Shown one piece after another: positions 7,878-16,564 of a stretch of DNA of 20,490 bases. The position numbers and the translations under genes were made by a program. The notes under the pieces were generated by a model. It worked only from the letters and a program-made list of their open reading frames with translations. It was not told where the DNA came from and searched no databases. How positions within the stretch are numbered: position 1 is the first letter of the stretch; every line of letters begins with the position of its first letter. This DNA comes from Candidatus Moanibacter sp. (GTDB lineage: Bacteria; Verrucomicrobiota; Verrucomicrobiia; Opitutales; UBA2987): contig CBDCEW010000006.1 of NCBI GenBank assembly GCA_965215885.1, positions 1 through 20,490 on the forward strand, read 5' to 3'.

Positions 7878-8183
7878 ATGAAAGCTGTAAAAGTAACGTA
7901 CACGGTGAAACCGGAATATGTGGATCAGAACAAAGCCAATATCCGAAAGGTCATGGAGGCCATTAGAACCAACCCGATTCCCGGGATGCGATATCCCTCG
8001 TTTACCCTGGATGATGGTCAAACATTTGTTCATATCAACATGGCAAAAGACGAGGATACGATGTCCAAGCTCGGAGAATTGAAAGAATTTGAGGAATTCA
8101 GGATGGCGCTCGTAGCCAGTGAGCCTGTCTCACCTCCCAAATCCGAGAATCTGAATCTGGTGGCGGCGGGATTTGATCTCTGA
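7878..8183 (+). CDS. Small hypothetical protein, probable ABM-like dimeric alpha+beta barrel
   Basis: GGAGAA RBS; V.YTVKPE.V..N..I..V..A, G.RY.SF.LDDG.TFVHI, L.EF.EF pattern. Confidence 0.75.
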   Translation: MKAVKVTYTVKPEYVDQNKANIRKVMEAIRTNPIPGMRYPSFTLDDGQTFVHINMAKDEDTMSKLGELKEFEEFRMALVASEPVSPPKSENLNLVAAGFDL

Positions 8184-8194
8184 TTCCAGTCAGC

Positions 8195-8320
8195 GAAGAT
8201 CGACGAGGAGAGCACGATTGAGAGGCACGATCCGTCTTCGTTTCGTTTCCCTCACTACGCCGTGACGAGTGGGGGGAGTTTGAGACTGAGTCGATCTTTC
8301 GTCGTGAATCATAATCCATT
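8195..8320 (+). repeat. AAGATCGACnnGAGAtcACGATTGAGAgtCACGAT repeat module with a 39-nt insert
   Basis: About 11 same-strand copies near 8196, 8541, 10700, 10830, 10935, 11349, 12454, 13325, 16120, 16264 and 16364. Confidence 0.9.
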
Positions 8321-8327
8321 CGACTAG

Positions 8328-8500
8328 CCCGAACATTTCACAAACCTTCTACTACGACCGCGGATCTCACTGCGTATCAAACCTTCCCTTGCACGGCGAC
8401 CTCAGAGGGTTCCAACACGCTGTCGCCCGCCGCCCTGCTGAAAGGCATTGATACGCACCAATCTACGCAGTCTCGCTACGAAGTGTGTGAAATGTCCGGG
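8328..8500. mobile_element. MITE family B, 173 bp, CTAG target-site duplication
   Basis: TIR CCCGAACATTTCACA / TGTGAAATGTCCGGG; CTAG at 8324-8327 and 8501-8504; empty paralogous site TTCGACTAGCTCATGGCAGG at 13408-13427. Confidence 0.9.
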
Positions 8501-8764
8501 CTAGCTCATGGCAGGCCGTGAGCTAAAATCGGAAGAAGAGAAGATCGACTGGAGATGACGATTGAGAGGCACGATGAGGGGAGAGATTTAGCAACGAATG
8601 AATGAAGGGCAACGAATCGGAGACGCGGAGAATGGGAGAGACGCGGAGATGCGGGGGCAAGAGAAAGGGAGAGAGGGTGAAGGGGAGGAGGAGTCAACAG
8701 TAAACAGTGAACAGTCTTAGCGTAGTCGTGCTCGTTCTCGAAATCGTTCTCGAAAGTCGGTCTA

Positions 8765-8892
8765 CTGAACTATAGGTTCAAGCAAGATAATTGGTGAAAA
8801 GCTACCCTTCGGAGAATTCAGCCAAGGAGTCTGCTGCGGACACTGTTGTCGAGGACGAGCACGAGGACGATTACGATAGGGAGTCACGATGA
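8765..8892 (+). pseudogene. Degenerate internally deleted four-helix-bundle gene relic
   Basis: Homologous to 13099-13183; tail reads LVKSYPSENSAKESAADTVVEDEHEDDYDRESR*; bracketed by inverted hexamer arrays at 8721-8755 and 8849-8877. Confidence 0.55.
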
Positions 8893-8913
8893 GGGCGCCG
8901 CACAAGGAGTCAG

Positions 8914-9750
8914 CTAAACGTCATTTCCTTGAGCATTAGTCGACACGAAATCCATCACTTTCCTCCACCAGGTTGCCGCGGGGCCGGCCGGCCAACTGTT
9001 GTGACCTGCTCCTTCCAATACTTTCAGGAGCTTGGGCGCTGTCAATTCGTCGTATAGCCGCATAGTGTGTTTCCGAGGTATCACTTCGTCCAGAGCGGCC
9101 AGGACAACGGCTACGGGTTTGTCAAACGACTGAAGATTTCGGACGTTGTCATAATTGTCGCGCACCAACCATCGCGCCGGGAAGTACCAATAGTGGGTCT
9201 GGGCCAACTCCGGCAGTGAATCCCAAGGGGTAAACATAATCACTCCCGCAACCGGTACCGGAGGATCGGCGGCCACCGCCGCAGCCACACCGCATCCCAG
9301 TGATTCGCCCCAAAGATAGACGGGACCGCCGAATTCCTCGTGCGCCCGCTTCACCGTTTCCCTCGCGTCCGCCACGAAAGAATGTTGTCCCAATTTACCT
9401 GTGCGCCCGCCATACCCGGGATACTCGGTGATCAATACGTTGTATCCCAACCGGACCAGAGCGTGGACGTAGTAGCTACGATTCCACGCCGCGCCCGCGT
9501 TTCCGTGAAATATCACCACCAACCCTTTTGCATCATCTGGATCGACGGCGGCAGCGAATCCTCTGTAAGAATCGTTCCGGTCCTGCCAAAATCGCAAACC
9601 TACTGCATGGACCTGGCTGTCTGAAGGCTTTTCCTTGGCGGGAAAGTAGAGCATCCGCGTTTGGAGGAAGTAGACGGCCACCACCAGCAGGCTATATCCT
9701 ATCGCAAGGGGCACGAGAAAGCGAATTACCAGTTCCATCTTCTTTTTCAC
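8914..9750 (-). CDS. Alpha/beta hydrolase (ABHD/BEM46-like) with N-terminal membrane anchor
   Basis: Q..MLYFP, FHGNAG, EYPGYG, nucleophile GESLG, DEVIP, GAGHN. Confidence 0.93.
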   Translation of the reverse strand: MKKKMELVIRFLVPLAIGYSLLVVAVYFLQTRMLYFPAKEKPSDSQVHAVGLRFWQDRNDSYRGFAAAVDPDDAKGLVVIFHGNAGAAWNRSYYVHALVRLGYNVLITEYPGYGGRTGKLGQHSFVADARETVKRAHEEFGGPVYLWGESLGCGVAAAVAADPPVPVAGVIMFTPWDSLPELAQTHYWYFPARWLVRDNYDNVRNLQSFDKPVAVVLAALDEVIPRKHTMRLYDELTAPKLLKVLEGAGHNSWPAGPAATWWRKVMDFVSTNAQGNDV

Positions 9751-9967
9751 TACTAACCGTGAAGAAATACTAAAGGGTAATCAGGAGTGAAACACAAGTG
9801 CTTGCACGGGAACCTTCTCACTGCGATTTCGACTTTTGCCCATCCCGGCGCGCCGGGAGCTCCGCAGTACCACGGATCCAATCGGAACCGGTTTAGGGAA
9901 GAAATTAGGGAAAGGTAGTTTATTCATCCCTAAGGATGGAAGTTGCCCGCCAAAGACGCGAAAATAC

Positions 9968-10391
9968 CTAGCGCAGCATAGCCGCAACCAAAAAAGAAGA
10001 AGAGAACCGCAGATGGACGCAAATGAACCCGTCTCCGTCCTCCGGGCTTCGCCGTGGCATGCGCGAATAAAGAGGAAGGCACCACGGATTCGAGTCGTCT
10101 TCGCTGCGCCGAGCCAGGGAAAACCGCGGATCTGATGAAGAGGGATTTTCAACGGATTGGAGAAGGCAACGGATCTAAAACCATCGAATCCCGGCATACT
10201 AGCAAAATTCGGCTTTGCTCCGACCTCAATGCATTCGCAGTTTAGGACAAGGTTCGGGTTCCGCTCAGCGGGACCCGAACCTTGCCTGCCTCGGCAAAGC
10301 GAAGCGGCGACGGGTCGACCCCACAACTTTGAATACCAACATGTTACACTCCAGAACGTGTCAGAAAATAAGTTCTGACGGATAGTAATAC
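9968..10391 (+). mobile_element. Family A element, expanded by internal modules
   Basis: AATAC|CTAGCGCAGCATAGCCGCAACCAAAAAAGAAGAAGAGAACC ... TTGAATACCAAC ... CGGATAGTAATAC. Confidence 0.65.
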
Positions 10392-10399
10392 GAAAGGGA

Positions 10400-11400
10400 G
10401 AGGTGCGGCAACGGATAGGGGGGAGCCCTCCTATGCTAAAGCTTCAGAGGATGTACAACGGATGGAGAGGGAGGATTGGATAGAGAGGGAGACGGGGAGA
10501 GTCGGAGAAGCGGGGACGCGACACAGTGTTATCGTGCTCGTTCTCGGGATTTGACTACGATTATGACGACGACTTTCGAATAAATATCGAGCCGATTCGG
10601 GTCATAGTTCTGACGAAACGGATGGAGAGGGAGGATTTCGTTCGGGATTTGACTACGTCATAATCGTTGTCATAATCATAGTCGAAAATCGAAATATAGA
10701 AGATCGACGAGGAGATCACGATTGAGAGTCACGATCCGTCTTCGTTTCGTTTCCCTCACTACGCCGTGACGAGTGGGGGGAGTTGGATATCAGTTCAATC
10801 TTCCCGTCGTGATCTGAAATCGAAAAGAGAAGATCGACTGGAGATCCACGATTGAGAATCACGATGGAGATGGTGGAGACTGAGTCGATCTTCCCGTCGT
10901 GAATCATAGTCGTGATCTATGATCGAGAGAAGAGAAGATCGACGGGGAGATGACGATTGAGAGTCACGATGGGGGAAGAAAAAGGTAGTCCCGGCACGCC
11001 GGGAAATGAAGGGCCCTCCTACGCTAAAGCTATGGAGGATGTACAACGAATCGGAGACGCGGAGAATGGGAGAGACGCGGAAGTGCGAGTTAGCGTCGTC
11101 GTTCTCGTCCTCGTTCTCGAAATAGGAGGGATGCCCGCCAAAAACGCTAAACTGCGCGAAAGTTGGATATGGAATAGGAGAGACACGGCGATGCGGTGAC
11201 GGGGAGAGGGGAAGCTGATCGAAATTCCATCGTATACTCAGCCGATTTCGAATTGAAAATCCCGTTTTCGCGTCTTTTAGCGGGCATTCCTCTTTCGACG
11301 GCGACCTCCGAAAGGATATCCCACAAGCCTAACTGTAGTCGAAATTCGAAGATCGACAGGAGAGCACGATCGAGATTAACGAATAATGACGATCGTATGG
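10400..11400 (+). repeat. Intergenic mosaic of short repeat modules; no credible CDS
   Basis: Modules shared with 8195-8660, 12280-12730, 13280-13450 and 16020-16383; IR pair 11125-11160 / 11265-11293. Confidence 0.85.
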
Positions 11401-11473
11401 TGGACTCCATTGAGCTATAAATGGAGAATTTATCTTTACTGGACGATAGAAACGTAACAAAGAAGGAAGAAAT

Positions 11474-12256
11474 ATGACTGACCTACGAGTAACGATATGG
11501 AACGAGTTCGTCCACGAACGCGAGAACGAGGAAGTTGGGCGAATCTATCCCGATGGGATGCATGCCGCGATTGCGGCGGGAATCTCAGGATTAGACGCCG
11601 GCCTGGAGATTGCGACGGCGACCCTTGACGAACCCGATCATGGGCTTCCACAGGAGCGTCTCGACGCCACCGATGTATTGATATGGTGGGGGCACCGCGC
11701 CCACGCGCGAGTGGAAGATGAGGTAGTAGACCGGGTGCAGGGCCACGTCCTGGAAGGGATGGGTTTGATTGTCCTTCACTCCGGCCACTTTTCAAAGATA
11801 TTCAAGCGACTGATGGGAACTGCCTGCTCGCTCAAATGGCGGGAGGCAGGAGAGCGGGAACGCCTCTGGGTTTGTAATCCGGGACACCCGATTGCCCGAG
11901 GGGTGGACCGATTCCTGGAGTTGGAGCAGACAGAGATGTATGGTGAACCATTTGCCATTCCGGAGCCCGAGGAACAGGTTTTTATTTCCTGGTTTGAGGG
12001 GGGGGAAGTTTTCCGGAGCGGTTGTTGCTGGCACAGGGGCAATGGACGGATTTTCTATTTTCGCCCCGGCCACGAAACCTATCCCATCTACCACCATGCG
12101 ATGGTTCATCGAGTGATCGCAAACGCCGTGCGCTGGTGCGCACCGCGCGGACATTGGAAGGGCGCGGAGCGCTGCTCAAATGTCCCGGTCGATCAGGCTC
12201 GGGAACCGATTAAGCAGCGAGGGCTGAAATTGCACGCTGGGGGACATGAGGGGTGA
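11474..12256 (+). CDS. thuA: Trehalose utilization protein ThuA
   Basis: [94 protein letters not shown]. Confidence 0.96.
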   Translation: MTDLRVTIWNEFVHERENEEVGRIYPDGMHAAIAAGISGLDAGLEIATATLDEPDHGLPQERLDATDVLIWWGHRAHARVEDEVVDRVQGHVLEGMGLIVLHSGHFSKIFKRLMGTACSLKWREAGERERLWVCNPGHPIARGVDRFLELEQTEMYGEPFAIPEPEEQVFISWFEGGEVFRSGCCWHRGNGRIFYFRPGHETYPIYHHAMVHRVIANAVRWCAPRGHWKGAERCSNVPVDQAREPIKQRGLKLHAGGHEG

Positions 12257-12279
12257 TTTGGAAAGACAGGGAGAGTGGG

Positions 12280-12730
12280 AGATCCGTCTTCGTTTCGCTT
12301 CGCTCACTACGCCGTGACCGGGGGCGCGGTGTAGCGTCGTCGTGTTCGTGCTCGTAATCGTTCTCGGGATTATGACGACGACTTTGATCGCATACTGAGC
12401 CTCCCCCGAATCGAATATCGTCGTCATAATCGTAGTCGAATATCGAAAAAGAAAAGATCGACGGGGAGATCACGATTGAGAAGCACGATGCGGGAAAGAA
12501 AAGGTAGTCCCGGCACGCCGGGAAATGAAGGGCCCTCCTACGCTTCCCCCTACGCCAAAGCTACGGAGGATGTAAAAGCTATGGAGGATGTACAACGAAT
12601 GGGGAGTGAGCAGAACTCCCTCAGAATGGATTCGACCCGTCGTCGCTCCGCTGTACCGACGCAGGTAAGGATCGCGCCAAGGTTCGGGACCCGTCGTCGC
12701 TGTGCTTTGCCGAGGCAGGCAAGGTTTCCC
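12280..12730 (+). repeat. Intergenic mosaic of short repeat modules
   Basis: 12454-12600 parallels 10935-11051; includes a self-nested 30-nt module at 12545-12574. Confidence 0.85.
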
Positions 12731-13098
12731 TTTCGGGTGGTCCGGCGTAAATGGAAGAGAAAAATAAAGGGTGGGCACTGATCACCTTTGTTTAAACCTC
12801 GTCGCAAACGTTGTCGCGAACCTTGGCTGCCTCGTCTCGTTCGGCGGGAGGAGCGACGACAGGTCGATATTGCGCTGCTAATTCGTAGAAACGCTCCCGC
12901 GTTCCTCTACGAAATGTACGTTCATCTTAGCCGGTTTCGTCAGGAACTGGACTGTGTAGCCGGCTTCGCAAGAAGGCGGGGAGGAGGCTCGAAACGCCTA
13001 ACCTGGTAATCACAGCTGATTAGAGGTCGACGGCAAAACCGAACGCTTGCGCGTCCGGCTACCTCGCGATCTAAGATCGTTTTAGAAGGGAGGTCCTC

Positions 13099-13266
13099 AT
13101 GAACTATAGGTTCGAGCATGAAAAACTGGTGGAGAGATACTCTTCGGAGAATTCAGTTAGTGAGTCTGCTACGGACACTGTTGAGCCTTCGATCGTATTC
13201 TGTGGAAATTCGAAGAAACGACATTCGACTACTCTGCCGTACGGCGGAGACGACTTTCGAAACTAA
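13099..13266 (+). pseudogene. Internally deleted four-helix-bundle (23S rRNA IVP-like) mini-gene, 55 aa
   Basis: GGGAGG RBS, then MNYRFEHEKL joined directly to VERYSSENSVSESATD; F[DE]HEKL resembles the family N-terminus. Confidence 0.55.
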
Positions 13267-13749
13267 ACCAGGTCGCTTCTAAATCGAATATCGTGGTCAT
13301 AATCGAAGTCGAAAATCGAAAATAAAGATCGACGAGGAGATCACGATTGAGAGTCACGATGGGGAGTTGAATACCGATTCGGTCTTCCCGTCGTGTATCA
13401 TAATCCATTCGACTAGCTCATGGCAGGCCGTGATCTAAAATCGAGAGAAGAGAGGAAGTCCCACCGTTAAATCTCCTTCTCAATCTTTGTCGTTGGCATT
13501 GTAGTAAGGTTCCTTGGTTTATTCGCAGTTGACCATCGACCAAGTTGACGACCTGTCTCCGCTACGCTTTGCCGTGGCAGGCAAGGCTGACGACAGAGAT
13601 GCGAATATCGAAATTTGAAGAACCGACTATCGACGACGATTACGTTTACGACCTTCGAAGGGAAATCTACACAATTTCAATCGTAAGTGTAGTCGCAGTT
13701 CGATTCTGATTCTTGAGAATCATGATGCGAGAGTGCGGTATTGCTTGTT

Positions 13750-13778
13750 AACCCGAAGATCTGTGAGATCTTCGGGTT
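13750..13778. promoter_or_regulatory. Perfect 13-bp inverted repeat just upstream of glgB (operator or leader hairpin)
   Basis: AACCCGAAGATCT-GTG-AGATCTTCGGGTT, 16 nt before the ATG at 13795, preceded by TTGCTT. Confidence 0.45.
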
Positions 13779-13794
13779 TGAAGCACGGAATCTC

Positions 13795-16008
13795 ATGATC
13801 GTTAAAGAATCTGACCTAAAAGCCATACTGGAGGGCGCTCATCGCGATCCTCACGGGGTCCTCGGGATGCATCCGGTGAACCACCGGAGGAGAAAACGGG
13901 TTGTGGTGCGGGTTTTCCTGAGGGATGCAAAATCCTGTGAAGTGGTCGCGGTAGGTAAGGTTGAGGAGGGGAGGTTTCCTTTAAGAAAGCTGGCGGATGT
14001 AGGATTTTTTGAAGGTTTGATGGGCGATCGGGAAGAGGTTTTTTGCTACCAGTTACTCGTCGAGAGCAGCAGTGGAGAGAGTCGGCAGTTTTACGATCCT
14101 TATTGCTTTCCCCTGGTAACGAGTGAGGACACCGAACTGTGGTTTAAGAAGGGAAACGAGCGCCGGCTCAGTGATAGGCTGGGAGCTCGGGTCGAAACCA
14201 TCGATGGGATTTCTGGAGTCTCTTTTACGGTATGGGCTCCCTCTGCAAGGAGAGTGTCGGTGGTGGGAGACTTCAACGGCTGGGCCGGCCGTTTTCACGC
14301 CATGCGGTTGCTGGGAAATTCGGGAATCTGGGAGATATTCTTGCCCGGCCTGGGAACGGGTGTGAAATACAAATTTGAGATCGTGGGACCGGACGGTACT
14401 GCGCGCCTCAAGTCAGATCCCTTCGGGCTGCAATTTGAATCTCCTCCACACTGTGCCTCCGTCACCTGCGATTTACGCGGTTTTCCCTGGCGCGATGGAG
14501 CATGGCTCGAATCGAGGAAGGGGAAAGATTGGCAGAAGAGCCCGATGAGCATCTATGAAGTGCATGCGGGCTCTTGGAAACGCGTCAAAAGGGAAGGCGA
14601 CCGGCCCCTGCAGTATCGGGAACTGGCGGATGAACTGGTTGATCACATGAAGCACCTCGGTTTTACACACGTGGAGTTCTTACCTCTCGCGGAACATCCC
14701 TTTGAAGGTTCATGGGGATACCAGGTGACCGGTTTTTTCGCGCCCACTCATCGCTACGGAACGCCCCACGACTTTATGTACCTGGTTGATCACCTGCATC
14801 GAAATGGGATCGGGGTCATCATCGACTGGGTGCCGGGGCACTTTCCTTCGGATGCATTCTCAATGGCACAATTCGACGGCACACCCCTCTACGAGTACGC
14901 CGACCCCCGTCAGGGAGTTCATCAGGATTGGGACACTTTGATATTCGATTACGGTAAGGAGGAAGTGCGAAGCTTCTTAATCGCGAGTGCGTTGGCCTGG
15001 TTGCGTGACTACCACATAGACGGTTTGCGGGTGGACGCGGTGGCATCAATGCTCTACCTGGACTACTCGCGGAATGAGGGCGAATGGATTCCCAATAAGT
15101 TCGGGGGCCGGGAGAACATCGATGCGATCGAATTTTTGCGCAGAAACAATGATCTGGTGCACGAATTCTATCCCGGTGTAATAACGATAGCGGAAGAATC
15201 CTCGGCGTGGCCGGGGGCAACCCTGCCGACTGTAGAGGGCGGCCTGGGTTTCGACTTTAAGTGGAATATGGGCTGGATGCACGACACGCTGGAATACTTT
15301 CGGAAGGATTCAGTTCATCGAAAGTGTCATCAAAATCTTCTCACATTCGGCATGGTCTACCAGTTTTCGGAGAATTTCATCGAGGTATTTTCTCACGATG
15401 AAGTCGTCCATGGGAAAGCTCCCATGATTTATAAGATGTCGGGAAATCTGATTTCCGATAAGGCGCATTCCCTGCGGGCTCTCTATACCCTCATGTGGGC
15501 CTGGCCGGGAAAAAATACACTGTTTATGGGAAACGAATTTGGACAGTCCTCGGAGTGGAGTCACGATTCTTCGCTGGACTGGAATTTGCTTCAGTATCGA
15601 GACCACAAGGGAATATTGAAGATCATCGAGGACCTGAACGAATTCTATTGTTCGACCGCGATACTCCACGATTACGACAGCTGTTCGGAGGGGTTCGAGT
15701 GGGTGAGTTTCAACGACTCAAAGAATTCCGTCATCAGTTTCCTACGGAAGGGGTCGGAAGGGGGGCAGGCTTTTCTCGTAGTGGGTCATTACAACGAAGG
15801 GGTGTTAGAGGGTTATCGTGTGGGGGTTCCATTTTCAGGATTCTGGAGTGAGCGGATAAACTCGAATGCAACGGAATACGGAGGAAGCGGAGTGGGTAAT
15901 GGCGGTGGCATTTACACGGAAGAAACAGCACATGACGAACAACCGTTTTCAATCGTTGTGACGTTGCCCCCAAATGCGACGATCATTTTTGAACTTGGAG
16001 ATCGATGA
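13795..16008 (+). CDS. glgB: 1,4-alpha-glucan branching enzyme GlgB (GH13)
   Basis: H.DPH.VLGMH, F.VWAP.A.RVSVVGDFN.W, IYEVH.GSW, SWGYQVTG, DGLRVDAVASMLY, AEES, SHDEVVHGK. ATG 13795 preferred over TTG 13741. Confidence 0.98.
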   Translation: MIVKESDLKAILEGAHRDPHGVLGMHPVNHRRRKRVVVRVFLRDAKSCEVVAVGKVEEGRFPLRKLADVGFFEGLMGDREEVFCYQLLVESSSGESRQFYDPYCFPLVTSEDTELWFKKGNERRLSDRLGARVETIDGISGVSFTVWAPSARRVSVVGDFNGWAGRFHAMRLLGNSGIWEIFLPGLGTGVKYKFEIVGPDGTARLKSDPFGLQFESPPHCASVTCDLRGFPWRDGAWLESRKGKDWQKSPMSIYEVHAGSWKRVKREGDRPLQYRELADELVDHMKHLGFTHVEFLPLAEHPFEGSWGYQVTGFFAPTHRYGTPHDFMYLVDHLHRNGIGVIIDWVPGHFPSDAFSMAQFDGTPLYEYADPRQGVHQDWDTLIFDYGKEEVRSFLIASALAWLRDYHIDGLRVDAVASMLYLDYSRNEGEWIPNKFGGRENIDAIEFLRRNNDLVHEFYPGVITIAEESSAWPGATLPTVEGGLGFDFKWNMGWMHDTLEYFRKDSVHRKCHQNLLTFGMVYQFSENFIEVFSHDEVVHGKAPMIYKMSGNLISDKAHSLRALYTLMWAWPGKNTLFMGNEFGQSSEWSHDSSLDWNLLQYRDHKGILKIIEDLNEFYCSTAILHDYDSCSEGFEWVSFNDSKNSVISFLRKGSEGGQAFLVVGHYNEGVLEGYRVGVPFSGFWSERINSNATEYGGSGVGNGGGIYTEETAHDEQPFSIVVTLPPNATIIFELGDR

Positions 16009-16019
16009 ATACCGACCAC

Positions 16020-16383
16020 CGACTACTCTGCCGTAGGGCAGAGACAACGACGTTCGAAACCATAGCCGGCCGATTCCATATCGAATATCGTTGTCATAAT
16101 CGTCGTCGAATATCGAGAGAAGATCGACGGGGAGATTACGATTGAGAGCCACGATCCGTCTTCGTTTCGTTTCCCTCACTACGCCGTGACGAGTGGGAGG
16201 AGTTGGAGCCGATTCGGTCTTTCCGTCGTGAATCATAATCGTGATCTAAAATCGAGAGAAGAGAAGATCGACAGGAGATTACGATTGAGAGCCACGATGG
16301 TGGAGTTGGATACCGATTCGGTCTTCTCGTCGTGATTCATAATCGCAATCTAAATTCGGAAGACGATCGACTGGAGATTACGA
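16020..16383 (+). repeat. Intergenic mosaic of short repeat modules
   Basis: Parallels 13228-13450 and 10655-10940. Confidence 0.85.
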
Positions 16384-16387
16384 CTAG

Positions 16388-16469
16388 CCCGAAAATTTCA
16401 CAAATCTACTACTACTACGACGGATCTCACCGCGTGTCAATGCCTTCCCTTGCCCGGCGACCTCAGAGG
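16388..16469. mobile_element. MITE family B, left half only, cut by the ISAs1 element
   Basis: CTAG-CCCGAAAATTTCACAAA...CGGATCTCAC...CCTTCCCTTGC.CGGCGACCTCAGAGG matches 8328-8408. Confidence 0.88.
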
Positions 16470-16564
16470 CAGGGTAAAAGGATTCCAGGAAGCAACTAGC
16501 TGATAAGCAAGAAGATAAAAAAAGAGCTAAACAAACCCGAGGGAATCAGTCATGTTAAGATGGG

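Noticed and set aside
12788..13086. Small ORF or pseudogene (..EVDGKTERLRVRLPRDL)
   Set aside because: Starts inside a repeat, is frameshifted and has no recognisable family.
8195..16383. CRISPR array from the ~35-nt recurring repeat
   Set aside because: Copies are degenerate, irregularly spaced over 8 kb and separated by other repeats rather than unique spacers; no cas genes.
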